From contig CP170459.1 in NCBI GenBank assembly GCA_047947115.1, forward strand, positions 1,184,001 to 1,248,000: a stretch of 64,000 nt of DNA. Direction: 5' to 3'. The position numbers and the translations under genes were made by a program. This document shows, in pieces, positions 20,442 to 29,990 of this stretch; position 1 is the first letter of the stretch; every line of letters begins with the position of its first letter. The stretch comes from Verrucomicrobiota bacterium (GTDB lineage: Bacteria > Verrucomicrobiota > Verrucomicrobiia > Limisphaerales > AAA164-E04). Under the pieces are notes generated by a model. The model was not told where the DNA came from and ran no database searches. It saw only the letters and a list, made by a program, of their open reading frames with translations.

Positions 20442-21368
20442 ATGTCCGACAACTCACCTGTAATTGAAACGCACCAATTGACCCGACGTTTCCGGCGATT
20501 GGACGCAGTCCATGAACTGGACCTGACGGTTCGCCAAGGCTCGATCCACGCCTTTCTCGGACCGAACGGTGCGGGTAAAACCACGACGATACGGATGTTG
20601 CTCAACATCCTGCGGCCGAATTCCGGAGAAGCAAGCATCCTGGGAGTTTCGAGTAAAAAACTAGGGCGACGTGACTTCGAAAAGATTGGGTACGTTTCCG
20701 AGAACCAACAGCTTCCCGTATGGATGACCGTGTCCCAACTGATGAATTACCTGCGTCCTCTGTATCCAACATGGGACAGCGATTTTGAGCAAAAACTCTT
20801 ACACGACTTCGAACTGCCAGCTGAGCAAAAACTCAAGCATCTCTCACGCGGCATGCGCATGAAAGCGGCCCTGGTGGGAGCGCTGGCATTTCGTCCGCGA
20901 TTGTTGGTGCTGGACGAACCGTTCGCCGGATTGGATCCGCTGGTGCGTGAGGAGTTTTTGGAAGGTTTGATCGAACTCACTGAGCAGGAGCAGTGGACCA
21001 TATTCATATCCTCCCACGACATCGACGAAGTGGAACGATTGGCCGACGAAGTTTCGTTGATCAATCATGGACGCCTGATGTTGTCCGAATCCGTGGAGAG
21101 TTTGCTGAACCGGTTTCGTCGCATTTCGTTCACCCGATCCATAGAAAACGGTTCCATTGACGATGCATCTCAAGATTGGATGAACCTGCAACAAAGTGGC
21201 AATCGAGTTAGTTTTGTGGAATCCAAATTCGATCCAAACGAAACCGAGGCCAACATCCGTAAACAATGTGGGGCCACCCAGGACATCACCATTGATAAAC
21301 TCACCCTCAAGGAAATCTATCTGACCCTGGCGCGCCACCTCAAAAACCTGCAACCATCAACCCATTGA
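20442..21368 (+). CDS. ABC transporter ATP-binding protein (YtrB-like)
   Basis: GPNGAGKTT, LSRGMRMK, LDEPFAGLDP, SSHDIDE. Confidence 0.95.
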   Translation: MSDNSPVIETHQLTRRFRRLDAVHELDLTVRQGSIHAFLGPNGAGKTTTIRMLLNILRPNSGEASILGVSSKKLGRRDFEKIGYVSENQQLPVWMTVSQLMNYLRPLYPTWDSDFEQKLLHDFELPAEQKLKHLSRGMRMKAALVGALAFRPRLLVLDEPFAGLDPLVREEFLEGLIELTEQEQWTIFISSHDIDEVERLADEVSLINHGRLMLSESVESLLNRFRRISFTRSIENGSIDDASQDWMNLQQSGNRVSFVESKFDPNETEANIRKQCGATQDITIDKLTLKEIYLTLARHLKNLQPSTH

Positions 21369-21374
21369 TGCATC

Positions 21375-22065
21375 ATGCACGCACTTAATTTCATCTGGCA
21401 TCAATTCCTGGCCGATACACGACGGCATCGATGGTTTATTTTTGGGTATGGAGGTATTGTGGCGGTGTTTGCCTGGATCAATGGGACATCCATGTATGAA
21501 CACTCGTTTGATGTGATGGGCAATTCGTGGATAAAAGATATACAATTGTTTCATCTGCTTATCACTCTTTTTCCCGCCGGATTGATGGTTCCGTTTTTAG
21601 TATTTGCGGACCCGGTGGATGCCCCGGATGCCTTTTGGCTGACGAAACCTAGCAGCGGAATCTGCATGGCAGGTGGCAAATTATTTTGGGTTTTGGTTTG
21701 GTTGATTGGTATGCCCTTCCTGGGAGAATGTCTTGCCATAACCGTGCTAGGAGGATGGGATAACTTACCTTATATCGCATTCGACTTTATTGGTTTGAGG
21801 GCGATGGTTTTTTTGATGGTATTTGCTCTGGCTTCCTTGACGAATCAACCATCCTATTTTGTGATCGGATTGATTGTATCGGTTTTGTTTACAGGTATTT
21901 CAATAGGTTTTGCTCACGGATTTTTTGATGCCAGTCGATTGCCCAACCACGCTCAAGTAGCGCTTACTAACGCGATTGGAGGGTTGATGATCATAGGCTC
22001 ACTTGGGGTGAGTGTGGTGCAGTACCAATGGAAGAAAACGTTGTTCCTGGGTATCCCGCTCTCTA
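21375..22065 (+). pseudogene. ABC permease interrupted or truncated by an IS
   Basis: Multi-TM ORF with FWLTKP..G....GKL motif; reading frame runs into the IS left inverted repeat. Confidence 0.7.
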
Positions 22066-23550
22066 TCAGCCCGTTAAAAAAGTCACAATTCTTCACGAAA
22101 AGAATCGTGATTGATCACATGATCAAGTAAAGTCTTTGCCATGGCACTTGGCAAACGGAAAACGAAACAGCAAGAACTGTTCATTGCCTCCAATCAGATT
22201 CCCAAAACGCCGGCTCATCCGTTTTACTCCAAACTCAATCAGGTTTTCGATGAGTGCGGATTTGATGCTTATGTTGAAGAGTTGTGCGCCCCGTTTTACA
22301 AGAATTTTGGTCGGCCAGGTATTGCGCCCGGAATTTATTTCCGAATGATTTTCATCGGATATTTTGAAGGGCTCAACAGTCAACGAGGTATCGCATGGAG
22401 ATGTCATGACAGCCTTTGCCTGCGTGAATTTCTCGGTATCAGTTTGACGGAGAAAACTCCTGTTCACGCATCGATGACAATTATCCGTCAACGCTTGTCC
22501 GATGATGTGTTTCACAAGGTTTTCCTTTTTGTCCTTGAACAACTCAATGAGAAAAAGCTTTTGAAGGGAAAAACTCTTGGTGTTGATGCCACCACCCTGG
22601 AAGCCAATGCAGCCATGCGTAGCATCGTGCGCAAAGGCACGGGTGAGGATTGGAAAGAATACCTTCGTGAACTGGCCAAAGAAGAAGGTATTGAAAATCC
22701 GAGTGATGAAGATATTCAGCGCATCGACCGAGGGCGTAAGGGGAAGAAAGTTTCCAACAAAGAATGGCAAAGCAAGTCAGATCCGGACAGCCGCATTACC
22801 AAGATGAAAGATGGGCGCACACATCTTGCATATAAGGCTGAACATTCGGTGGACTTGGAAACCGAGGCAATTGTTTCTTGTCATGTCACACATGCAGATC
22901 AAGGCGATACAACCACGGGGCCTGAGAGCCTCATCTTGGCTGAAGCCAATCTACAATTAATCGAATCAGAAAGGACCGTTGAAGAGGCGGTGATGGACAA
23001 GGGATATCACAGCAACGCATTGTTGGAACGGCTCACGCAGTGGGGTATCCGCACATACATTCCAGAGAAGAAGCAAAAGAAGCGTAAGTGGGTGGACAAA
23101 CCGGAATCCTACGAACACGCATTCCGCGGTAATCGACGAAGAGTTCGGAGTGACAAGGGTAAGCGACTAAGTCGAAAACGAAGCGAACTTGTAGAGGGAA
23201 CATTTGCTCATGTGTGCGAAACAGGAGCTGGACGTCGAACCTGGCTCCAGGGAATGGAAAATGTCACCAAGATTCACACACTGAAGTGCGCAGCATTCAA
23301 CCTCGGATTGCTGATGCGTAAAATCTTTGGCCTCGCCAAGCCAAGAAACTGGGAAGCGAGCCTCGCTACCGCTTTGGCGGCTGCTTTTGTCATAATTTTT
23401 GGCAAATGGATGACTCAGGGGGCGATAAATATGGCTCCCGCCGTCCTTTTACTGATTTCCACCATTTTATTATGCAGCTTGATGAAATCGAAGCGGGACG
23501 AGATTCGGATTATTCGGTTTTTCAAAACAGGCACTTATTAAACGGGCTGT
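22066..23550 (+). mobile_element. IS1182/IS5-like insertion sequence
   Basis: Imperfect IRs (CAGCCCGTTAAAAAAGT versus CAGCCCGTTTAATAAGT) flanked by TA on both sides; encloses a transposase. Confidence 0.85.
22141..23541 (+). CDS. IS1182-family-like DDE transposase
   Basis: GRPGIAP (DUF772-like), VDATTLEANA, SDPDS, MDKGY, RSELVEGTFAH. Confidence 0.9.
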   Translation: MALGKRKTKQQELFIASNQIPKTPAHPFYSKLNQVFDECGFDAYVEELCAPFYKNFGRPGIAPGIYFRMIFIGYFEGLNSQRGIAWRCHDSLCLREFLGISLTEKTPVHASMTIIRQRLSDDVFHKVFLFVLEQLNEKKLLKGKTLGVDATTLEANAAMRSIVRKGTGEDWKEYLRELAKEEGIENPSDEDIQRIDRGRKGKKVSNKEWQSKSDPDSRITKMKDGRTHLAYKAEHSVDLETEAIVSCHVTHADQGDTTTGPESLILAEANLQLIESERTVEEAVMDKGYHSNALLERLTQWGIRTYIPEKKQKKRKWVDKPESYEHAFRGNRRRVRSDKGKRLSRKRSELVEGTFAHVCETGAGRRTWLQGMENVTKIHTLKCAAFNLGLLMRKIFGLAKPRNWEASLATALAAAFVIIFGKWMTQGAINMAPAVLLLISTILLCSLMKSKRDEIRIIRFFKTGTY

Positions 23551-23565
23551 TAGAGATTCGCGGAA

Positions 23566-23919
23566 TCAATAACTTGTTTCTTGTTCCAATTTGATTCTGA
23601 GTGAGAGCTTCTTCCTTAGCCTTTGTAGTCGTGATTCTGAGATTTGTCCTAATTTTCCCAAGACAATTGACTTTGGAATGGTAGCTATCATTCCAAGCCT
23701 TATCAACGAGGCAACTTTCAGTCCGCTATGTACATAATCATCATCTTCGGGAGCGATCATTTCATCAAAACCAGGGCATTCATGCCTGAGTTTGGAACTG
23801 ATCGCACAAACCAGTAGGTCAGAAAAAGGTGGCATGGTGTTCAGGACTATTGTCGGCCGTGCTTTAAGCCGTCCATTGGCTTGCTGTATTTTTGCTAAAA
23901 TGACCGATCCTGATTTCAT
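23566..23919 (-). CDS. PemK/MazF-family toxin
   Basis: GRLKARPTIVL, LLVCAISS, GLKVASLIRL..IATI. Confidence 0.85.
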   Translation of the reverse strand: MKSGSVILAKIQQANGRLKARPTIVLNTMPPFSDLLVCAISSKLRHECPGFDEMIAPEDDDYVHSGLKVASLIRLGMIATIPKSIVLGKLGQISESRLQRLRKKLSLRIKLEQETSY

Positions 23920-24134
23920 GTTTTGATGTCAGATTCGGAATACTCGACTTCATCATCATCGTACGCTGAACCCAACGCATTTTCTGATAGCATAAGGAAA
24001 TCTCGGCGTTCCTCATCGGCGTCACCCAATACCGTTACAATCAAGCGGGCATTCACAGGGAGAGATACATTCTCGTCCAGTTGAACCTGCTTACCGTCAA
24101 AGTGTGCTGGGATGCTTACCAATGGCATAACCAC
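23916..24134 (-). CDS. Putative antitoxin (DUF104/AF2212-like N-terminus, acidic C-terminus)
   Basis: 72 aa, 4-bp overlap with the toxin gene; IPAHFDG..V.LDE.V.L; acidic tail. Confidence 0.75.
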   Translation of the reverse strand: MVMPLVSIPAHFDGKQVQLDENVSLPVNARLIVTVLGDADEERRDFLMLSENALGSAYDDDEVEYSESDIKT

Positions 24135-24237
24135 ACTCTATCTACGATCATCCAGTGGTCAATCTAGGAATTGCAGGAGCTGCAACTGTGACCCCCCTCA
24201 CGAAACTTCACAAAGGTAGACTTCACGTAAGATCAAG

Positions 24238-24450
24238 TTGGAGTGCGGTGAGCATCACTGCTCTGGATACTGTCCAAATGTAAGGGGAGCTTCCTTTGAA
24301 CTGGGTTGATACACCTTCATCCCGACCCTGTTCAAAGGTTTGCAGCCATGGTTTAATCGGGCGTTGAACATGGGGGAAATATGAGGTTTGGAATGCCAGG
24401 ACGTTTCCGTGGCATATCCAAAGCTCCGTCGAGCCCGGAGCACTCCAAAA
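24238..24450. repeat. REP doublet, TTGGAGTGC family
   Basis: TTGGAGTGCGGTGAGCATCACTGCTCTGGAT ... ATCCAAAGCTCCGTCGAGCCCGGAGCACTCCAA; inward-facing palindromic arms. Confidence 0.7.
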
Positions 24451-24534
24451 TGGCGCTATGGAATTAGGTGTGCAGTACCCGCTTGGGATGCACTTCGCAT
24501 TCACGAGATACTTTCTTTACTCTGAGGTTGATCT

Positions 24535-26142
24535 TTACTCAACCTTCACCAATTTCAACGAGTCGCGATCAAACCAGACGATGCCTTGCATGCATCTGAG
24601 TTCGCAGGAGAGTTCGATTTCTTCGACGGGGCGGTGGATACGGAATTCGGTGGATATGTCGGTCCATCCGTGCGATCCGGTAAGCGGTTTGTTTGCTCCA
24701 TATTGCGATACCCGGATGCGGACCCCGCTGGCGCGGTCGGCTGGGATGGGAACGACACGTTCATAACGAACACTTGCCTCAAATCGATAGGTGCCGTGTG
24801 TGAGCAACTGGGTGGAATGCCAGCGACCAAGGTTTCTTTGACCGTCGCTTTTGACCTCCAGCACCTGTCGGTCGTCCTTGTTTGCCTCATCAAACTCCAT
24901 GCCCTGCATGTATTGATGTGACTCCCATTCCTGAATTTGAACCACTCCCGATTCCGGAAATTTTAGCGCCCGATCCGGCGCCGACAGTTCTTCTGAAAGA
25001 TATCCCCCACGTATGCGAATGCTGTCCTGTAGTTGTGAGACGGCTCTTTGATGATAGGAAAAGCCACGTTCACTTCGCTTTTCCAGTTCAGGCGCAATGA
25101 CGGCTTCCAGTTCATTGATGCGCTTGATCAGGCGTTCGGGTTGAAACACCGTCCCATACAATTTGCGCATGCGCTCAAAATATTGGTAGGGGATTTCCGG
25201 AACTTGAAACAAGGACATGGCGACCACTCCCCGGATGCGTGGATAGATGGATGCATAGGGATCCTCGAACATCTGATCCATTCCATGCGGGATGAACTGG
25301 AATTTGCCGGTGTCAAGATTGTGATAGAGTCTGTAATTGTTGTGCTTCATCGCGTAGCCATCCCAGTTCCAGGTGAACACATCCAGTGCGACATGAGTGA
25401 GAAACATCTCCACATCCAGATGCTCCTTAATCTTCTCCAGCCGTTTGACCAAATCCTTTTCGTAAAGAGCGTCTTCCAACGCCTGCTTGGCATCATGATT
25501 GAGCGGATCAGCACCCGCATTGACGCTCAGGTCGGTGAAGATGTCCTTCAGAAACCCTCCGTCGTAAAGGTTGCCATCGATGTTGTCGAAGTGACGGCGC
25601 AGCCATTTTTTGTTGAAACCTTCCACCATCACGTAGAGCCCCAGATCGCGACCATTTAGTTCCACGGTGGCGTGAGTGGCACGTGGGGTTGGGATGCCTG
25701 CGCGATTGAATAATTCGCGACAGATGATTTCATTGCAGAAGGTGTCGTCCTGCCTGGAATTGTTCAGGTAAAATTTGTCGTATCCCCGGAAATCCTGATC
25801 ATTGATGTGTGTATCCAGATTGATTGTAAAAGCCGGTTTGGCATAGATGGGCTGGAAACTCCCCGCTGCTCCCTTGAGTTTGATGGACACCTCTTTAAAG
25901 GTTTCCCCGTTGATCGTTACGGTTGCTTTGGTTTTGGGGCGATGGACGGGGCCCGCGCCACCTCCGCGCCATCTGCCCCGCACGGAAGAAGATTCTCCCA
26001 ATACCTCAATACCTTCCTGAGGTACGTCGATTTTGATTTTAAAGACCTGATCAAAATCAAACGGATCCGGCACCGCTGCACGCAAAACCAAAGAAGTCTG
26101 CAACAGCCAAAAAGCAATGAACAAATAAACCGGAACTCTCAT
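24535..26142 (-). CDS. CotH kinase-family protein with C-terminal carbohydrate-binding-like domain
   Basis: Signal peptide, KLKGAAGS, LGLYVMVE, NWDGY...NNYRLY, FIPHGMD. Confidence 0.88.
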   Translation of the reverse strand: MRVPVYLFIAFWLLQTSLVLRAAVPDPFDFDQVFKIKIDVPQEGIEVLGESSSVRGRWRGGGAGPVHRPKTKATVTINGETFKEVSIKLKGAAGSFQPIYAKPAFTINLDTHINDQDFRGYDKFYLNNSRQDDTFCNEIICRELFNRAGIPTPRATHATVELNGRDLGLYVMVEGFNKKWLRRHFDNIDGNLYDGGFLKDIFTDLSVNAGADPLNHDAKQALEDALYEKDLVKRLEKIKEHLDVEMFLTHVALDVFTWNWDGYAMKHNNYRLYHNLDTGKFQFIPHGMDQMFEDPYASIYPRIRGVVAMSLFQVPEIPYQYFERMRKLYGTVFQPERLIKRINELEAVIAPELEKRSERGFSYHQRAVSQLQDSIRIRGGYLSEELSAPDRALKFPESGVVQIQEWESHQYMQGMEFDEANKDDRQVLEVKSDGQRNLGRWHSTQLLTHGTYRFEASVRYERVVPIPADRASGVRIRVSQYGANKPLTGSHGWTDISTEFRIHRPVEEIELSCELRCMQGIVWFDRDSLKLVKVE

Positions 26143-26208
26143 GACAACACCTCTACCCCACCACAACGAAAACCACAACGGGATTTTTAGACAGCCACCG
26201 CAGTTGCG

Positions 26209-27722
26209 CATGCGCGTCAGGATAAAGCCAGGAGGTTTTGTTCATAGTTTTGACGAGATCGTTTGTCATATTTGCATTGGTATCTCATTTGTATAGGGAT
26301 AGCATCGCTGACTTGTACATTCCACGCTTCAAAACACAGAGCCAAAAAGTAATCTCCCAGTAGAGCAGCCACTTTCAACATGCTCAAATGCGCCGCGTTG
26401 CAAGTCTGCCCCGGGGCAAGCCAGTCACGCTCTATCAAGTTTGTAAGAACGGTAATAAAAATGAGTCGTGCACAAACCACTATCCGGAGTTGCTCTGCAG
26501 AACCGTCAGGAACCTCGGTGATACGAAAATGGCTTTTCCATGCCTTAAAAATGGTTTCTATCCGCCAGCGCAAACCGTAGATCTTTGCCACTTCTTTTGC
26601 TGTGCATTCGTTCTGGGGAACATTGGTTGTGAATATCGCCCAACCAAGCAACTCCAACCTTTGGGCATTGGGCTTTCGCCTTTTATCACGATTGCTCTTG
26701 GCTTTGCGTCGCCGTTCTGCCGCGATCTCATCGGGAAGTTTGATGGCCACCAATCGCACGGGTAACTGCTTATCTGAGAGCAAAACATCAAAGTCCAAAT
26801 TTCCTAATCGTTTCAGTTTTTTGAGTAAATCGATTTTTTCTCCTGTGGCTGGGTCCCTCACTTCGATATCCAATCGGATTCGACTCAAATAATAGGCTCC
26901 AGCGTTTGCTATCTGTTGGAATGATTCTATCACGAAATAGCCCAAGTCACGGAGTATTAAGTCCCCCTTACGTATGACTTTCAAAATATCATAAGTTGCG
27001 GTTTGGTCGTTACGTCTAAATCCACTTATCCCGAAGTAGAGGAATTGTTGATTTTGTATATCCTGAATGGCTTGTATTTTCAGCGATGCAATTTTGGAAC
27101 CACTTTGGTTAGCCGAACCGGGAAAAGCAGCCGCCAGTTTCGAATTTACTTTGATGGTCGTGCTATCATGAACAAGGATTCGTGGAAATCGATTGAACTT
27201 GTTTGGGACGTTGCGGCCATTGTCTTTGGATTTGGCGCTTAATACTAGCGCCAGGATGCATTGAATATAATTCACAGCGCCCTGGTTCATTCGTTCCCAC
27301 AATGACTGTTTGGCAATAGTATTATTGCTCAAAATTCCCAACAAAGTCGCCCATCGACTCAAACTTGCGGTGCCTTGGCAAACCAATAGAATAGTCGCTT
27401 GTAGAAAAAATTCGGGCATTATTTTTCGCGGAGTTCGCAGGACAAAGCCGGTGGCGCGAGCAAGTGTCTGGAAATCGAAATCAGCGAACCAACCGGTTAA
27501 TGTTTGGGCACATCGGTGCCATTCATGAGGCAGGGAAACCCCTTGTGAATCTGGGAGTAAAGTCAAACATTTGGGTTGAGGTCTTGTTGTGTGTTGAAGA
27601 TCTGAAGATGATATTGTCTGACAAGGATTTGTTGGAGAGTCATTCGGAAAAGTAGAAAGCAAACTGTACATAAAAGTACAGCTTTATCGTTAAAAATAAT
27701 CATTTTTATCCTGACGCGCATG
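26209..27722 (-). mobile_element. IS4-family insertion sequence, intact
   Basis: Perfect 18-bp IRs CATGCGCGTCAGGATAAA; 10-bp target duplication CGCAGTTGCG at 26199-26208 and 27723-27732. Confidence 0.95.
26217..27671 (-). CDS. IS4-family transposase
   Basis: HDST, RDLGYF and YGLRWRIETIFKAWKS (YREK motif). Confidence 0.93.
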   Translation of the reverse strand: MYSLLSTFPNDSPTNPCQTISSSDLQHTTRPQPKCLTLLPDSQGVSLPHEWHRCAQTLTGWFADFDFQTLARATGFVLRTPRKIMPEFFLQATILLVCQGTASLSRWATLLGILSNNTIAKQSLWERMNQGAVNYIQCILALVLSAKSKDNGRNVPNKFNRFPRILVHDSTTIKVNSKLAAAFPGSANQSGSKIASLKIQAIQDIQNQQFLYFGISGFRRNDQTATYDILKVIRKGDLILRDLGYFVIESFQQIANAGAYYLSRIRLDIEVRDPATGEKIDLLKKLKRLGNLDFDVLLSDKQLPVRLVAIKLPDEIAAERRRKAKSNRDKRRKPNAQRLELLGWAIFTTNVPQNECTAKEVAKIYGLRWRIETIFKAWKSHFRITEVPDGSAEQLRIVVCARLIFITVLTNLIERDWLAPGQTCNAAHLSMLKVAALLGDYFLALCFEAWNVQVSDAIPIQMRYQCKYDKRSRQNYEQNLLALS

Positions 27723-28004
27723 CGCAGTTGCGGGATCTACGAGATGAACAGGATTTACAGGATGATTTTTTGTGCAAGGAGACGTTTGGATAAATGAACA
27801 TCATCTGTGAAGAATGTTTCCCAGCTAAAATGGGTAGAACGTGCCGTCCCCGGCGCGTCCTTGTGGCCTACATGTTCACGAAAGCCGTGCAAAGGAAAAC
27901 CCAAGGGCATTGTACACTCCTCAACTGCCATGAGGCTATCAGTAATACCAGTAGTTGACACACTCCTTCACCCTTATTACCAATTAAATGAAGGGAGCGA
28001 TGCA

Positions 28005-28460
28005 ATGAGCAAAAATAAAGAGACTTCACAAGATGCCCCTTGTTTCGAGTGCGAGAGCGGAACTTTGGAAGCAGTGGTTCAAGATTTCGAAACGAATGTG
28101 ACCGGAATTGGGGATGTGGTTGTTCCGAATGTGCCGATGGAACGTTGCGATCAGTGCGGAGATGTCGTGATAGGCGACGCTGGAAACCGAATCATTGATA
28201 CATATTTTTATAAGCTTACTTCAGCGATAACACCCACTGAAATCCAGGCTTTTCTGGATAAGTATTCGATCACCCAAAAAGAGGCGGCGGAGATAACAGG
28301 TTATGGAGAGAAGAACATTTCCCGCTGGTTGCGAGGCCACATTCGTCCCTCCAAATCCGTGAGCAATAACATTCGTACCCTCCTTGCCAGCACGGAGGCA
28401 TTTGAAATTCTCAAAACGCGTAACTGGAAACATCCCGTGACGCATGAACCGGTCATTTAG
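28005..28460 (+). CDS. MqsA-type zinc-finger/HTH antitoxin (orphan)
   Basis: CFEC...VPNVP..CDQCG zinc finger plus ITQKEAAEITG...ISRW XRE HTH; GGAG RBS before ATG at 28005. Confidence 0.82.
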   Translation: MSKNKETSQDAPCFECESGTLEAVVQDFETNVTGIGDVVVPNVPMERCDQCGDVVIGDAGNRIIDTYFYKLTSAITPTEIQAFLDKYSITQKEAAEITGYGEKNISRWLRGHIRPSKSVSNNIRTLLASTEAFEILKTRNWKHPVTHEPVI

Positions 28461-28535
28461 GATCCTGTAAGAGGATTGCGCATCGAGATCCACGCAGTCG
28501 CGGGACAAGGTGATCCGCTCTGCCTCAAGCGCAAC

Positions 28536-29978
28536 CTACGCCAGGATGCCATTCACCACGTTGGCTTCGGCGTCGAGGCCGGTGAGGCGTTGGTTGAGGC
28601 CCTGGAATTTGTAGGTCAGTTTGCTGTGCTCGAATCCCATGCAGTGCAGGATGGTGGCGTTCAGGTCGCGGATGTGAACCGGGTTTTCGACGATGTTGTA
28701 ACTGAAGTCGTCGGTGGTTCCGTATGTCACGCCGCCTTTGATGCCGCCGCCGGCCATCCACATGGTGAAACAGCGCGGGTGATGATCGCGTCCGTAATCG
28801 GTGCGTTCGAGTTTGCCCTGACAGTAGATCGTGCGTCCGAATTCACCGCCCCAGACGACCAGCGTGTCATCCAGCAATCCTCTTTGTTTCAAATCCTGAA
28901 CCAATGCCGTGGCTGCCTGATCGATGTCTTTGCATTGGAGGGGCAGGTCGCGGGGGAGTTGTCCGTGGTGATCCCATCCGCGATGGAAGATCTGGATGCA
29001 GCGGACGTCGCGCTCGACCAGTCGGCGTGCCAGGAGGCAGTTGGCGGTGAAGGTGCCGGGTATTTTGGCGTCGGGTCCGTAGAGGTCGTAGATGTGATCC
29101 GGCTCGCCTGAAAGATCGGTGAGTTCCGGGACGGAAGATTGCATGCGGAAGGCCATTTCGTATTGGGCGATGCGGGCGTTGATTTCCGGATCACCGCTCA
29201 GGTTGAACTGTTTTTTGTTCATGGCGTTCAGACCATCGAGCATGGCCTTGCGGGTGTCCTGTGAGACTCCGTCCGGATTGGACAAATACAACACTGGATT
29301 TCCCTTGCTGCGCAAACGTACGCCCTGGTGTTTGGATGGCAGAAAACCCGAACCCCACAAGCGCGAAAACAATGCCTGGGCATCGCGTTTGGCAGTCCAG
29401 GAGGAGTTGAGCACGACGTAGGTGGGGAGGTTGAGGTTTTCACTACCGAGCCCGTAGGACAGCCAGGAACCGAGGCTGGGTTTACCGGGGAGTTGGACAC
29501 CGGTCTGGATCATCGTGATGGCGGGATCGTGGTTGATTGCATCGGTATGTACGGTTCTCACCACGGCGATGTCGTCGGCCATGCTGGCGGTGTGGGGTAA
29601 TAGTTCGGAGAACTCAGTGCCGGACTGACCGTGACGACTGAATTGATACATCGAAGGCGCGATGGGAAAACGTGTCTGACCGGATGTCATGGCGGTCAGT
29701 CGTTGGCCTTGGCGCACGGAGTCGGGCAGGTCGGTGTCGAACAGGTCGTGCATCTTCGGCTTGTGATCAAACAGGTCGATCTGCGAAGGCGCGCCGGACA
29801 TGAACAGGTAGATGATCCGTTTGGCCTTTGGGGTCAGGTTCGCATGTGCAGGTAATGAACCAAGCAGTTGTTGCGGCATCATGGACGCCAGGGCGCTGGC
29901 GCCCACACCCCAGAGGGTTTTGCCGAAGAAGGCGCGTCTTGAGAGATGTTGGTCGGTGGTCATTTCGGAAATGTTCAT
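28536..29978 (-). CDS. DUF1501 family (sulfatase-like) protein
   Basis: [39 protein letters not shown]; paralog of 14737-16182. Confidence 0.92.
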   Translation of the reverse strand: MNISEMTTDQHLSRRAFFGKTLWGVGASALASMMPQQLLGSLPAHANLTPKAKRIIYLFMSGAPSQIDLFDHKPKMHDLFDTDLPDSVRQGQRLTAMTSGQTRFPIAPSMYQFSRHGQSGTEFSELLPHTASMADDIAVVRTVHTDAINHDPAITMIQTGVQLPGKPSLGSWLSYGLGSENLNLPTYVVLNSSWTAKRDAQALFSRLWGSGFLPSKHQGVRLRSKGNPVLYLSNPDGVSQDTRKAMLDGLNAMNKKQFNLSGDPEINARIAQYEMAFRMQSSVPELTDLSGEPDHIYDLYGPDAKIPGTFTANCLLARRLVERDVRCIQIFHRGWDHHGQLPRDLPLQCKDIDQAATALVQDLKQRGLLDDTLVVWGGEFGRTIYCQGKLERTDYGRDHHPRCFTMWMAGGGIKGGVTYGTTDDFSYNIVENPVHIRDLNATILHCMGFEHSKLTYKFQGLNQRLTGLDAEANVVNGILA

Positions 29979-29990
29979 GGTGCGTGTTCC

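Noticed and set aside
23549..24200. Integron cassette/attC interpretation of the TA module
   Set aside because: GTTAGAG belongs to the IS end and target; I found no RYYYAAC...GTTRRRY pair and no integrase
27664..27681. LexA box at the IS4 end
   Set aside because: CTGT-N10-ACAG does not fit the N8 spacing; better explained as a start-codon hairpin
27807..28004. N-terminal extension of the MqsA ORF
   Set aside because: Non-protein-like sequence; the RBS and domain start support ATG 28005
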